51,876 bases of DNA from Alphaproteobacteria bacterium (GTDB lineage Bacteria; Pseudomonadota; Alphaproteobacteria; HIMB59; GCA-002718135). A program made the position numbers and the translations under genes. The notes under the pieces were generated by a model, which searched no databases, was not told the origin of the DNA, and saw nothing but the letters and a program-made list of their open reading frames with translations. This document shows, in pieces, positions 1 to 8,955 of this stretch (positions within the stretch are counted from its first letter, which is position 1; every line of letters begins with the position of its first letter). The DNA is taken from NCBI GenBank assembly GCA_045560915.1, contig JBJKYT010000016.1:1-51876 (forward strand), read 5' to 3'.

Positions 1-79
1 AAGAAAAATCGAAGCTGTTAAAAAAATCAACGATAAGAATATAAGTAATAATCTTTGAAATCTTAAGGACATTATTATT

Positions 80-178
80 TTATTTAAGTTTTTTAAGTTT
101 TAAATATGACTGGACTAAAAGTAGAAATAGCAAAACAAAGCTTATTAAATAAGCAAAGAAAATATACCAAAAATACAT
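80..178 (-). CDS. Possible CcmD-like heme exporter mini-protein (32 aa)
   Basis: Not in the supplied ORF track because it is too short. Hand translation of the minus strand (ATG 178-176, TAA 82-80) gives MYFWYIFFAYLISFVLLFLLLVQSYLKLKKLK. This is one hydrophobic helix plus a basic tail, 65 nt downstream of ccmC, matching the position and architecture of CcmD, but it is shorter than typical CcmD. Confidence 0.3.
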   Translation of the reverse strand: MYFWYIFFAYLISFVLLFLLLVQSYLKLKKLK

Positions 179-243
179 AAACCCTTTTAACAAAAAAATT
201 GTATAATGTAATAATACTTAGATGACCGATCGTCTCATCAAGA

Positions 244-936
244 TTATCTAAGTTTTCTCTTAAGTATCTCCGCTTTAATTCTAATAATACCAATTACTAT
301 AGCTAATAACATAAGCGCTATAGTCATAATAACTAGAGGTCTCAACATACTAGGATCTATAGAAGGAGAAGATAATTTGCTTATACTAGCAGGTTGATGA
401 AGTGTATTCCACCAATCCACAGAAAATTTAATTATTGGGAGGTTAATAGATCCTACTATTATTAAAACAGCAGTAATTTTTTCTGAAACATTAATATTTG
501 TAATTGAGTTTTTAAGAAAGATTATGATTAAATATAAAAGAAATAAAATTGCTACAGAAGTCAATCTTGCGTCCCAAACCCACCAAGTTCCCCACATAGG
601 CTTACCCCACAAAGAGCCAGTAACTATGCATATCAATGTAAATATCGCTCCTATAGGAGCGATGGCTGAATTAATTATAAAACTAAAATTAATTTTAAAA
701 GCTAATCCTACAATACTATAAAGTGTCATTACTAAAAAAGTCAAAACTGCTATCCACGCAGCAGGAACATGAATATACATTATCCTAACAGTAGAGCCCT
801 GTTGATAATCGTTAGGAGATAAAAAAAAAGCAAATGCTATTCCAATAATCAAAAATATAGCACATAAATAAACTAATGGTTTGAAAACTAGGTCACTAAA
901 CTTAATAAAACGATTTGGATTAATTAAAAACCTCAT
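244..936 (-). CDS. ccmC: Heme exporter protein C (cytochrome c maturation)
   Basis: 230-aa polytopic membrane protein with the Trp-rich WWD-type motif (WGKPMWGTWWVWDARLTS). It lies immediately downstream of ccmB and ccmA. Confidence 0.93.
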   Translation of the reverse strand: MRFLINPNRFIKFSDLVFKPLVYLCAIFLIIGIAFAFFLSPNDYQQGSTVRIMYIHVPAAWIAVLTFLVMTLYSIVGLAFKINFSFIINSAIAPIGAIFTLICIVTGSLWGKPMWGTWWVWDARLTSVAILFLLYLIIIFLKNSITNINVSEKITAVLIIVGSINLPIIKFSVDWWNTLHQPASISKLSSPSIDPSMLRPLVIMTIALMLLAIVIGIIRIKAEILKRKLR

Positions 937-937
937 A

Positions 938-1618
938 TTATTTGTTTTGTAATGATATTTTAATGCACAACCCAGTAGCCCACGGTGAAATTGCTAGAAA
1001 AAAAAACATAATTCCTAGGAGAATATTTATTTGTGCTTTTATAATCTCAATATTATTTGAAACATTAGCAATATTAACTCCAAATATTATTACAGGAATA
1101 CTTAATATCATAATTATAAGACCTCCTATTGAAAAGTTTCTATTGTTTAATAAATTCATAGAACCTGATATTGAAGATATACAAGTGATAATAACTGATC
1201 CTATTAAAAAACTTAAATAAACTATTTTTAAATTATCAAATTGCATTTCTAATAAAAGAAACGCTATAGGAAGAATTATAAAAAAGGGAGCTTGCAAAAA
1301 TATCCATATTGTTAACATTTTTATAAGCGCTATAATCTCATAAGAAAGTCCACTCATATGAATTATTATCAAGCTATTATCATCGAAATCATTTTGAAAA
1401 AATTTTTTTATTGAAAGTGTATTGCTTAATAATATTATTGTCCAAATAATTCCTATACCTATCTGATTCAATAATTCTTTATTTGAGCCAATCGCAAAAA
1501 CAAAAATTATAATGCTAAGAATAAAAAATAAAAATATGCTTAATATATGAAAGAAACTTCTATAATGTATTTTAAACTCTCTTAAAAAAACTCCCAAAAT
1601 TGAATTGAAGCTACTCAT
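938..1618 (-). CDS. ccmB: Heme exporter protein B
   Basis: 226-aa multi-pass membrane protein between ccmA and ccmC. It overlaps ccmA by 8 nt and sits 1 nt from ccmC, the typical ccmABC arrangement. Confidence 0.85.
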   Translation of the reverse strand: MSSFNSILGVFLREFKIHYRSFFHILSIFLFFILSIIIFVFAIGSNKELLNQIGIGIIWTIILLSNTLSIKKFFQNDFDDNSLIIIHMSGLSYEIIALIKMLTIWIFLQAPFFIILPIAFLLLEMQFDNLKIVYLSFLIGSVIITCISSISGSMNLLNNRNFSIGGLIIMILSIPVIIFGVNIANVSNNIEIIKAQINILLGIMFFFLAISPWATGLCIKISLQNK

Positions 1619-2228
1619 TGATTTCCAAATTTACAGTGTTAATATTAGGAATAGTGGGTAAGGTATGTGAAGTAAAAATCACCATACCATTTAAATCTAT
1701 GTGATTGGTTATTGTCTGTATAATTATTTCAACAGATTTTAAATCTAGACCTATAAAAGGCTCATCAAGAATCCAAAGTTTTTTTTGTTCAATAATTAGC
1801 CTAATTAGTTCTAGTTTTTTAGTTTCTCCAAAAGATAAATGAATTGTAGAAGTATTTTTATATTGTAATAATCCTAGAACTTTTAGCATTGAATCTATTT
1901 CATTAATTTTAATTTGTGATGAAAAAATTTTTTTCCAAAAAATTATATTTTCATAGACTGTTAAATTTTCATTAGAAGTATTTTTGTCCATAATAAAAGT
2001 TATATTTTTACAATAATCATAGTGATTTTTTTTTATGTTTTTGCCGTTCCAAAAAATTTCACCATCATCTGGATTTAGAATTTTACATATAATTTTTAAT
2101 AATGTTGTTTTGCCAACGCCATTACTACCAGTCAAATGTACTATTCCATTTGGTGGCAAAGATAGATTTACATCTTGTAAAATGATTTTACTTTGACGTT
2201 TAAAATAAATATTATTAACGAGAAGCAT
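1611..2228 (-). CDS. ccmA: Heme exporter ATP-binding protein (ABC ATPase)
   Basis: 205 aa with Walker A GSNGVGKTT, an ABC signature-like LSFGETKK and Walker B LWILDEP. It is the first gene of the ccmABC operon. Confidence 0.9.
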   Translation of the reverse strand: MLLVNNIYFKRQSKIILQDVNLSLPPNGIVHLTGSNGVGKTTLLKIICKILNPDDGEIFWNGKNIKKNHYDYCKNITFIMDKNTSNENLTVYENIIFWKKIFSSQIKINEIDSMLKVLGLLQYKNTSTIHLSFGETKKLELIRLIIEQKKLWILDEPFIGLDLKSVEIIIQTITNHIDLNGMVIFTSHTLPTIPNINTVNLEINE

Positions 2229-2269
2229 TTTTTTGATCCATAATCTCTTTATTAGACTTAGACAACAAT

Positions 2270-2294
2270 AAAAAACGGGGCCTTAAGACCCCGC
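2270..2294 (-). terminator. Rho-independent terminator downstream of the Lys/Ala-rich gene
   Basis: The minus strand reads CGGGGTC-TTAA-GGCCCCG (7-bp GC-rich stem, 2276-2293) followed directly by TTTTTT (2270-2275). It is an isolated GC-rich hairpin in AT-rich spacer, ~70 nt after the stop at 2363. Confidence 0.7.
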
Positions 2295-2362
2295 TATTTG
2301 AGATAAAATCTCTATTTTTAAGAAAAAGAAAACTTAAATTAAGCTTTCTATAAAAAAAGAAA

Positions 2363-2560
2363 TTATCTTCTTCTTTTCTTAGCTGCTTTTTTCTTTTTCT
2401 TAGCTGCTTTTTTCTTTTTCTTAGGTGCAGCTTTTTTCTTTTTCTTAGGTGCAGCTTTTTTCTTTTTCTTAGGTGCAGCTTTTTTTCTTTTAGGTGCAGC
2501 TTTTCTTTTTCTTGGTGCAGCTTTTCTTTTCTTAGCTGCCTTCTTTTTCTTCTTTGCCAT
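2363..2560 (-). CDS. Small Lys/Ala/Pro-rich basic protein (histone H1 / AlgP-like low-complexity)
   Basis: 65-aa ORF MAKKKKKAAKKRKAAPRKRKAAPKRKKAAPKKKKKAAPKKKK..., with an AAGGAG Shine-Dalgarno at 2569-2574 (7 nt from the ATG) and its own terminator. The strong SD and terminator argue that it is a real gene despite the low complexity. Confidence 0.6.
   Translation of the reverse strand: MAKKKKKAAKKRKAAPRKRKAAPKRKKAAPKKKKKAAPKKKKKAAPKKKKKAAKKKKKAAKKRRR
2376..2545 (-). repeat. In-frame tandem repeats (21- and 24-nt units) encoding KKKKAAK / KKKKAAPK
   Basis: On the plus strand, cttagctgcttttttcttttt occurs twice. It is followed by cttaggtgcagcttttttcttttt three times and then degenerate copies. 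Confidence 0.85.
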
Positions 2561-2568
2561 TTTTATGC

Positions 2569-2625
2569 TCCTTGTGTTGGGTTAAGTGGAGGAACCTCCC
2601 TCCATCATCACTTAAAAAAAGTGAT
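2569..2625 (-). promoter_or_regulatory. Structured 5' leader (two hairpins plus SD) of the Lys/Ala-rich gene
   Basis: On the minus-strand RNA, AUCACUU-UUUUU-AAGUGAU forms a 7-bp stem (2607-2625). A GC-rich UGGAGG/CCUCCA stem follows (2587-2604) and contains a GGAGGGAGG purine tract. The real SD, AAGGAG, lies at 2569-2574. Confidence 0.35.
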
Positions 2626-2890
2626 AAACATAAAGGCTGTCTTTTTTTCCCAAAACTTACGGATAATGTCAACGATATAGTAGATTTAAAAAATTAATCT
2701 AAAAAATATCAATTTTAAATTTAAGTATATAATTTTTAGTACTACTATTTTAAAAAAAAAGTTTTTTTAATCAAATAATGCAAATTTTTCCCAGAAATCT
2801 TATATTTTATTAACTTTTATATATACTTTATCTTTTTGACATAATATTTATATAAAAATAGAGAATGAATTTTAATTTTCTTTAATTAAC

Positions 2891-5536
2891 ATGAAATCTA
2901 AAAATACTTTTAAAACTCTTTCAATTTTGGAAATAAATGGACAAAAATATGTTTATTTTGACCTCAATATTCTTTCAAATTATTTTGGTTTTAATTTATC
3001 TAAAATTCCAAATAGTATAAAAATTTTATTAGAAAATTTAATTAGAAATGAAGATGGAGAGTCAATAAATCATGAAATGATATCATCTTTATGTACTAAA
3101 ATAGAAAAGAAAGAATTATTTTCTGAAATTGCATTCTTTCCAACTAGAGTTTTAATGCAAGATTTTACTGGAGTACCTGCTATTGCAGACTTAGCAGCTA
3201 TGAGAGATGCTCTGAAGTTAAAGAATATTGATCCAAAGAAAATTAACCCTCTTTCAAGAGTAGATCTAGTTATAGACCATTCAGTTATGGTTGATAAATT
3301 TGGTACTTCTTCAGCTTTAGAAGATAATGTAAAAATTGAATTTTATCGTAATCAAGAAAGATATGAGTTTTTAAAATGGGGACAAGAATCTTTTAATAAT
3401 TTCTTCTTGGTTCCTCCTGGAGCTGGTATTTGTCATCAGGTTAATTTAGAAAATATTGCAAAAACTGTATGGATAAAAAAAGTTAATAACAAACAGTATA
3501 TTTATCCAGATTCTGTTGTTGGTACAGATAGTCATACAACTATGGTTAATTCATTATCAGTTTTAGGATGGGGTGTAGGCGGTATTGAAGCTGAAGCAGC
3601 TATGCTAGGACAGCCTATATCAATGAACATTCCAAAAGTTTTAGGTTTTAATATAACTGGCAATTTGAGTGAAGGAATAACAGCAACTGATTTAGTTCTC
3701 ACTATAACAGAAAAATTACGTAAACATGGAGTTGTAGGAAAGTTTGTTGAATTTTTTGGTACTGGTTTAGATAACTTGTCATTGGCTGATAGAGCAACAA
3801 TTGCCAATATGGCACCTGAATATGGAGCTACATGCGGTTTTTTCCCAACAGATCAAGAAACTATTAATTATCTTCGAATGTCAGGGAAAGATAAAAATCA
3901 TTTAGATATAGTTAAAGCCTACACAAAAAAACAAAAACTTTGGTATGACAAAAACATTGAACAGAATTTTGATGAGTTAATAAATTTTAATTTAGAAAAA
4001 GTAGAAGCTGCAGTAGCAGGGCCAAAAAGACCACAAGATAAGATTTTATTAAAAGATATTCCCAAGTCTTTTATTTCTTTTTCAAAAGAAAACAGAACAT
4101 TAATCAGAAAAAAAAACGAAATACAATCTGGCGATATAGTTATTGCAGCAATTACTAGCTGCACCAATACTTCTAACCCAAGTGTTATGGTTGCTGCGGG
4201 ACTTGTTGCTAAGAAAGCTGTTGAACTTGGATTAAAAGTAAAACCTTGGGTAAAAACAAGTTTAGCTCCTGGCAGCAAAGTGGTCAGTGATTATTTAGAT
4301 AAATCTAAGTTATCAGAATTTTTAAATAGAATTGGTTTTAATTTGGTAGGATACGGTTGCACAACATGTATAGGAAATTCTGGTCCTTTAGATAAATGGA
4401 TTTCTGAAGAAATTAAAAATAAGCAATTATCAGTTTGTTCAGTCTTATCAGGAAATAGAAATTTTGAGGGTAGAGTCCACCAAGAAATAAAAGCAAATTA
4501 TCTTGCCTCACCCCCTTTGGTAGTTGCTTTTGCTTTAGCAGGAAATATAACTCTAGATATTTCTAATGATCCAATAGGAATCGGTAAAAATGGAAAAAAA
4601 ATATATTTGAAGGATATTTGGCCAACTTCAAAAGAAATAGAAGGTATTGTAAAATCAAGCCTTTCCCCTGAAGTTTTTTTATCAAGGTATAAAGAAATAT
4701 ATAAAGGAGATAAAAATTGGAATTCTATTAAAATCATATCTCAAGATACTTTTAACTGGAGAGAAGCAAGTACCTATATCAAACACCCTCCTTTCTTTTT
4801 AAACAATCCTAATAGTTCAAAGGAAGATATAAATGACGCTAGAATACTGGCCCTTTTAGGAGACTCTGTAACTACAGATCATATTTCTCCTGCTGGTGCA
4901 ATAAAAGAAGAAAGCCCTGCTGGAGATTATCTTTCTGTGAGACAGATATCTAAAGAAAATTTTAATTCATATGGATCAAGAAGAGGGAATCACGAAATAA
5001 TGATGAGGGGTACTTTCGCTAATATAAGAATAAGAAATGAAATTAACAAGAATATAGAAGGGGGTATAACGTATTGTTATATTAATAATAAAAATATGCC
5101 TATTTATGAAGCTGCTATGGAATATGCTAAACATTCAGTCCCCTTAGTTGTAATGGCTGGAAAAGAGTATGGGACTGGCTCTTCTCGTGACTGGGCAGCT
5201 AAAGGAACAAAGCTTTTAGGAATTAGAGCTATTATAGCTGAATCATTTGAAAGAATTCATAGATCTAACTTAATTGGAATGGGAGTAATACCATTTGAAT
5301 TTACTAAAGGCCAAAGTCGTATAAATTTGTTAATTAAGGGAGACGAACAAATTTCTATTTTGGGAGTTAATCAAATTACTCCAAATAAAATAGTTGAGTG
5401 CACTATATCAAAAAAAGATTTTTTTAAAAAAATAAAACTAAGATGTAGGATAGATACTATAAAAGAACTTGAATATTTCAAAGCCGGGGGCATTTTGCAG
5501 TATGTTCTTAACTCAATTATTGCAAAAGCTTCTTAA
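2891..5536 (+). CDS. acnA: Aconitate hydratase A
   Basis: 881 aa with classic aconitase/IRP-family blocks: VLMQDFTGVPA, GTDSHTTM, ITSCTNTSNP, GCTTCIGNSG and SGNRNFEGR. Confidence 0.95.
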   Translation: MKSKNTFKTLSILEINGQKYVYFDLNILSNYFGFNLSKIPNSIKILLENLIRNEDGESINHEMISSLCTKIEKKELFSEIAFFPTRVLMQDFTGVPAIADLAAMRDALKLKNIDPKKINPLSRVDLVIDHSVMVDKFGTSSALEDNVKIEFYRNQERYEFLKWGQESFNNFFLVPPGAGICHQVNLENIAKTVWIKKVNNKQYIYPDSVVGTDSHTTMVNSLSVLGWGVGGIEAEAAMLGQPISMNIPKVLGFNITGNLSEGITATDLVLTITEKLRKHGVVGKFVEFFGTGLDNLSLADRATIANMAPEYGATCGFFPTDQETINYLRMSGKDKNHLDIVKAYTKKQKLWYDKNIEQNFDELINFNLEKVEAAVAGPKRPQDKILLKDIPKSFISFSKENRTLIRKKNEIQSGDIVIAAITSCTNTSNPSVMVAAGLVAKKAVELGLKVKPWVKTSLAPGSKVVSDYLDKSKLSEFLNRIGFNLVGYGCTTCIGNSGPLDKWISEEIKNKQLSVCSVLSGNRNFEGRVHQEIKANYLASPPLVVAFALAGNITLDISNDPIGIGKNGKKIYLKDIWPTSKEIEGIVKSSLSPEVFLSRYKEIYKGDKNWNSIKIISQDTFNWREASTYIKHPPFFLNNPNSSKEDINDARILALLGDSVTTDHISPAGAIKEESPAGDYLSVRQISKENFNSYGSRRGNHEIMMRGTFANIRIRNEINKNIEGGITYCYINNKNMPIYEAAMEYAKHSVPLVVMAGKEYGTGSSRDWAAKGTKLLGIRAIIAESFERIHRSNLIGMGVIPFEFTKGQSRINLLIKGDEQISILGVNQITPNKIVECTISKKDFFKKIKLRCRIDTIKELEYFKAGGILQYVLNSIIAKAS

Positions 5537-5547
5537 AAAATTTTTCT

Positions 5548-8133
5548 GTGCGAGATAGAGATAATAATTTAGTTGCAATTCTTGGTCCAACTAATACTGG
5601 CAAAACATATACTGCATTTGAACGTCTTATCTCATATAAATCTGGTATTTTTGGTTTTCCTTTAAGATTATTAGCAAGGGAAAATTACGATAAAGCTCTA
5701 TCAAAATTGGGTTTTAAAAATGTGGCTTTAATAACGGGGGAAGAAAAGATTTTTCCAAAAACAGCCAAATATTTTTTTTGCACAGTTGAATCAATGCCTT
5801 TAAATATTGAGGTAGAATGCATAGCAATTGATGAAGTACAACTAGCCTCAGATTATGAAAGAGGGCATATTTTTACTGATCGTTTACTTAATATGCGTGG
5901 AATATATGAAACTATTTTTTTAGGTTCATCAACAATAGAAAAAATATTAATAGATTTATTTCCAAAAATTAATATTAAAAAAAGAGAGAGGTTTTCCAAT
6001 TTAACTTTTGAAAATAAAAAAAACTTATCTAAGCTTAATCCCCGTTCAGCAATTATAGCATTTAATATTAATTCAATTTATGAAATTGCTGAATCTTTAA
6101 GAGCTCATAAAGGTGGAGCAGCTGTCGTTTTAGGTTCGTTAAGTCCAAGGACACGCAATTCACAAGTTGAAATTTATGAAGACAAAAAAGTAGATTTTTT
6201 AGTAGCCACTGATGCTATTGGTATGGGACTTAATCTAAATATAGAACATGTATCTTTTTCTGCATCCCAAAAATTTGATGGAAGATATAATCGTGATTTA
6301 TATCCTTCAGAATTAGGTCAAATTGCTGGAAGAGCAGGAAGACATTTAAATGATGGAACATTTGGGTTTTTAAATACAGCTGGTAATTTAGACCCTGTTA
6401 TTATTAAATCAATAGAAGATAGTAAGTTTGACTCCATAAAAAAAATATATTGGAGAAACTCAAAAATTGATTTTCAATCTGTTGATTCAGTTATTAGCTC
6501 TTTTAAAAAATTTCCTATAAAAAGTTTTTTTATACATAAAAAAAATGCAGAAGATGAAATTAATTTTAGAGAACTTTCTCAGAATAAAGAAATAAAACCA
6601 TTTTTAAATAATTTTAATTCTATTAGCTTGCTTTGGAATGTCTGCCAAATTCCTGATTTTCAAAAAATTTTTAAGGATTCGTATTTAGATTTATTAAAAA
6701 ATATTTTTTTAGAATTAATAAATAATGATGGAATAATCAATGACAATTGGTTGAGAGAAAAAATATTTAAATTAGAAAATTATTCGGGGGGAATAGAAGA
6801 ATTATCAATCAAAATTTCAAATATAAGAACTTGGACTTATATATCGAATCAAACAAAATGGATAAAAGAATATGAATTTTGGCAAAACAAGACCAAAGAA
6901 ATAGAAGATAATTTATCGGATAATTTGCATGAATCTCTAACTAAAAGATTTGTTGATTTTTCAGCTAGCTTTTTTGTTAATAACAAAAAACTTGGTGAAG
7001 ATATCAAAGTTGAAGTTGATAATAATAAGAATATTATATTAAATGGACAAAGTTATGGATATATTAATGGTTTTAATTTAGAATTAAACGTACCTAAATC
7101 TGAATCTTTATTTTCCCTAATACATGTTAAAAAATCAATACGCACAATGATAGAAGAAAAAATTAATAACTTTTTAAAAGCTCCCTTTATAGCAATTAAT
7201 TTGGGAAATATTAATAAATTAACTATTAGTGATGATGTTAAAATTTATTGGGGGGATGAACCCGTAGGCAGATTAATCAAGGGAAATAAAATATTCACCC
7301 CAAGGGCAGAATGCTTAAACTCTGAATTATTAGAAACTGACAAGAAGTTAGCTATTACAAAAAAATTACAAAATTGGATTGATGAAAAAATAGCTAACAC
7401 TTTAAAATCTCTATTTGAAGAAATTGATGTTAATATTTCTTCTGAAGCTAGAGCAATTGTTTACAATGTTTTTAATTCCCTTGGAACTATGAAAGTATAT
7501 GGTCATTCTGATAATTTAAAAAAGTTATCTGAGGGAGATAAATCAAGTTTATCAAAAATAGGCATTAGAGTTGGAGCTAAATTTTTTTTTATGCCCCATT
7601 TATTAAAAAAATTGCCTATGGAATTAAATGCGCTGCTTTGGAAAGTATATTATGAATATCAAGAAAATAATTTGTATCCATTACCTAATGATGGGAGGGT
7701 ATCCTTTCTTTGTAATTTTACACTGCCAGAATCCTATTGGTTTTCTATAGGGTATATTAATCTAAATGGTTTTTTAATAAGAGCTGACGTTTTTGAAAGA
7801 ATTTTTTTTATTGCTAGACAAAAAGTAAAATATGGGCCCTTTTTAGAATCTTCAGAATTGATGAATCCTGTAGGTTGTAATTCTGATCAGCTTAAAACTA
7901 TCTTGGATTATTGTGGTTTTGAAAGCATTTCTATTTCTGAAAATAAGAAATTATTTTTTTATAAATCAAACAAAAAAGAAATGCAAAAAAAAACTAATAA
8001 AAAAATAATGATACATAGCAAGAAAATTAAAAAATCTAATATTAACTTACAAAAGAAAATTTCCAAAAAGGGAAGAAATGATAATAAAAAAGATCCAAAT
8101 TCTCCTTTTGCAGTTTTAGAAAAATTACTTTAA
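5548..8133 (+). CDS. SUV3-like superfamily-2 ATP-dependent helicase
   Basis: 861 aa with a GTG start. It has Walker A AILGPTNTGKT, a DEVQ box, helicase C motifs (VATDAIGMGLNL, QIAGRAGR) and a long C-terminal region with a Lys-rich tail. The architecture matches the alphaproteobacterial/mitochondrial Suv3-type helicases. Confidence 0.8.
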   Translation: MRDRDNNLVAILGPTNTGKTYTAFERLISYKSGIFGFPLRLLARENYDKALSKLGFKNVALITGEEKIFPKTAKYFFCTVESMPLNIEVECIAIDEVQLASDYERGHIFTDRLLNMRGIYETIFLGSSTIEKILIDLFPKINIKKRERFSNLTFENKKNLSKLNPRSAIIAFNINSIYEIAESLRAHKGGAAVVLGSLSPRTRNSQVEIYEDKKVDFLVATDAIGMGLNLNIEHVSFSASQKFDGRYNRDLYPSELGQIAGRAGRHLNDGTFGFLNTAGNLDPVIIKSIEDSKFDSIKKIYWRNSKIDFQSVDSVISSFKKFPIKSFFIHKKNAEDEINFRELSQNKEIKPFLNNFNSISLLWNVCQIPDFQKIFKDSYLDLLKNIFLELINNDGIINDNWLREKIFKLENYSGGIEELSIKISNIRTWTYISNQTKWIKEYEFWQNKTKEIEDNLSDNLHESLTKRFVDFSASFFVNNKKLGEDIKVEVDNNKNIILNGQSYGYINGFNLELNVPKSESLFSLIHVKKSIRTMIEEKINNFLKAPFIAINLGNINKLTISDDVKIYWGDEPVGRLIKGNKIFTPRAECLNSELLETDKKLAITKKLQNWIDEKIANTLKSLFEEIDVNISSEARAIVYNVFNSLGTMKVYGHSDNLKKLSEGDKSSLSKIGIRVGAKFFFMPHLLKKLPMELNALLWKVYYEYQENNLYPLPNDGRVSFLCNFTLPESYWFSIGYINLNGFLIRADVFERIFFIARQKVKYGPFLESSELMNPVGCNSDQLKTILDYCGFESISISENKKLFFYKSNKKEMQKKTNKKIMIHSKKIKKSNINLQKKISKKGRNDNKKDPNSPFAVLEKLL

Positions 8134-8154
8134 TGAACCTTTTAACAAAATAAA

Positions 8155-8613
8155 TTGAAATTGATAAAATCGCTTAAAAATTTTTTTATAAAATCTGAAG
8201 AAAATACAGAAATAGAAATTTCTGATTTGAATGTATTATGTGGAATTATGATTGAGGCTGCTAATATTGATGGCAATATTGATCAAAAGGAAATTGATAA
8301 AATATCTGATTTTTTAGTATATTCATTTGAAGAAAAATCTGAAGATGTTCAAAGAGAAATAGATAGATGTTTAAACGATCTTAATAATAATAAATCTTTA
8401 CATTTTTTTACTTCTAAAATTAATAAAATTTATTCAGACGAAAAGAAAATAGAATTAATCGAAATTTTATGGGAAATTATTCTTGCTGATGGAAAAGTTC
8501 ATGATTATGAATCTAATTTAATTAGAAGATTGGCAGGGTTACTATATCTAAATGATTATGAATGTGGAAAAGCTAAGAAAAAAGTTTTACTAAAAATGGG
8601 AATTAATGAATAG
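8155..8613 (+). CDS. TerB-family (tellurite-resistance-like) protein
   Basis: 152 aa with a TTG start and no in-frame ATG until ~8249. It carries repeated A-x-x-DG-x-I/V-x-x-x-E motifs (EAANIDGNIDQKE, ILADGKVHDYE) typical of the TerB fold. Confidence 0.6.
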   Translation: MKLIKSLKNFFIKSEENTEIEISDLNVLCGIMIEAANIDGNIDQKEIDKISDFLVYSFEEKSEDVQREIDRCLNDLNNNKSLHFFTSKINKIYSDEKKIELIEILWEIILADGKVHDYESNLIRRLAGLLYLNDYECGKAKKKVLLKMGINE

Positions 8614-8622
8614 GGCCCAAAG

Positions 8623-8955
8623 GTGACATACGTAGTTGATGAAAATTGTATTAAATGTAAGCATATGGATTGTGTAGAAGTTTGCCCCGTTGATTGCTTT
8701 TATGAAGGAGAAAATATGCTTGTGATTCATCCAGATGAGTGTATTGACTGCGGAGTGTGTGAACCAGAATGTCCAATAGATGCTATACATCCAGATACAG
8801 AAGAAAATATGGAAAAGTGGGCTGAAATTAATCGAATTTATTCTGAAAAATGGCCAGTAATTACTGAAAAAAAAGATCCACCTAAAGATGCTAAAGAATG
8901 GGAAGATGTTAAGAATAAATTTTCAGAACATTTTAGTGAAAAACCAGGAGAATAG
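8623..8955 (+). CDS. fdxA: 7Fe ([3Fe-4S][4Fe-4S]) ferredoxin
   Basis: 110 aa with a GTG start. [28 protein letters not shown]...[12 protein letters not shown] is the canonical FdxA cysteine pattern. Confidence 0.9.
   Translation: MTYVVDENCIKCKHMDCVEVCPVDCFYEGENMLVIHPDECIDCGVCEPECPIDAIHPDTEENMEKWAEINRIYSEKWPVITEKKDPPKDAKEWEDVKNKFSEHFSEKPGE

Noticed and set aside
2-58. Possible 3' end of a plus-strand gene running in from the left edge (...RKIEAVKKINDKNISNNL*)
   Set aside because: Only 19 codons are visible and nothing is recognisable, so it cannot be distinguished from chance in AT-rich sequence.
93-293. 66-aa minus-strand ORF from the track, a candidate ccmD
   Set aside because: It overlaps the 3' end of ccmC by 50 nt, has no CcmD-like helix plus basic tail, and a better mini-ORF exists in another frame (80..178).
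2363-2560. Regularly spaced short repeats here and at 34222..34476, considered as a CRISPR-like array
   Set aside because: The units are contiguous with no unique spacers, are in-frame multiples of 3 inside ORFs, and there are no cas genes. They are coding tandem repeats.
2760-2890. TTGACA-containing candidate promoter for acnA (~2835), plus similar hexamers in other spacers
   Set aside because: In sequence this AT-rich, -35/-10-like hexamers occur by chance, and no convincing -10 lies at 16-18 nt spacing. This is not supportable without transcription start site data.
3532-4737. Antisense ORFs inside acnA (3532..3807, 3919..4278, 4498..4737). Similar antisense or alternate-frame ORFs occur elsewhere (524..721, 942..1220, 8590..8790, 9075..9257, 9417..9677, 13306..13527, 16377..16565, 18111..18299, 18831..19091, 21259..21441, 23821..24021, 25580..25819, 31592..31801, 31931..32128, 32494..32703, 33016..33351, 35150..35422, 35713..35913, 36115..36477, 38843..39088, 51116..51340)
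   Set aside because: Each lies wholly within, or substantially overlaps, a confidently identified gene on the opposite strand or in another frame. None has a recognisable family.
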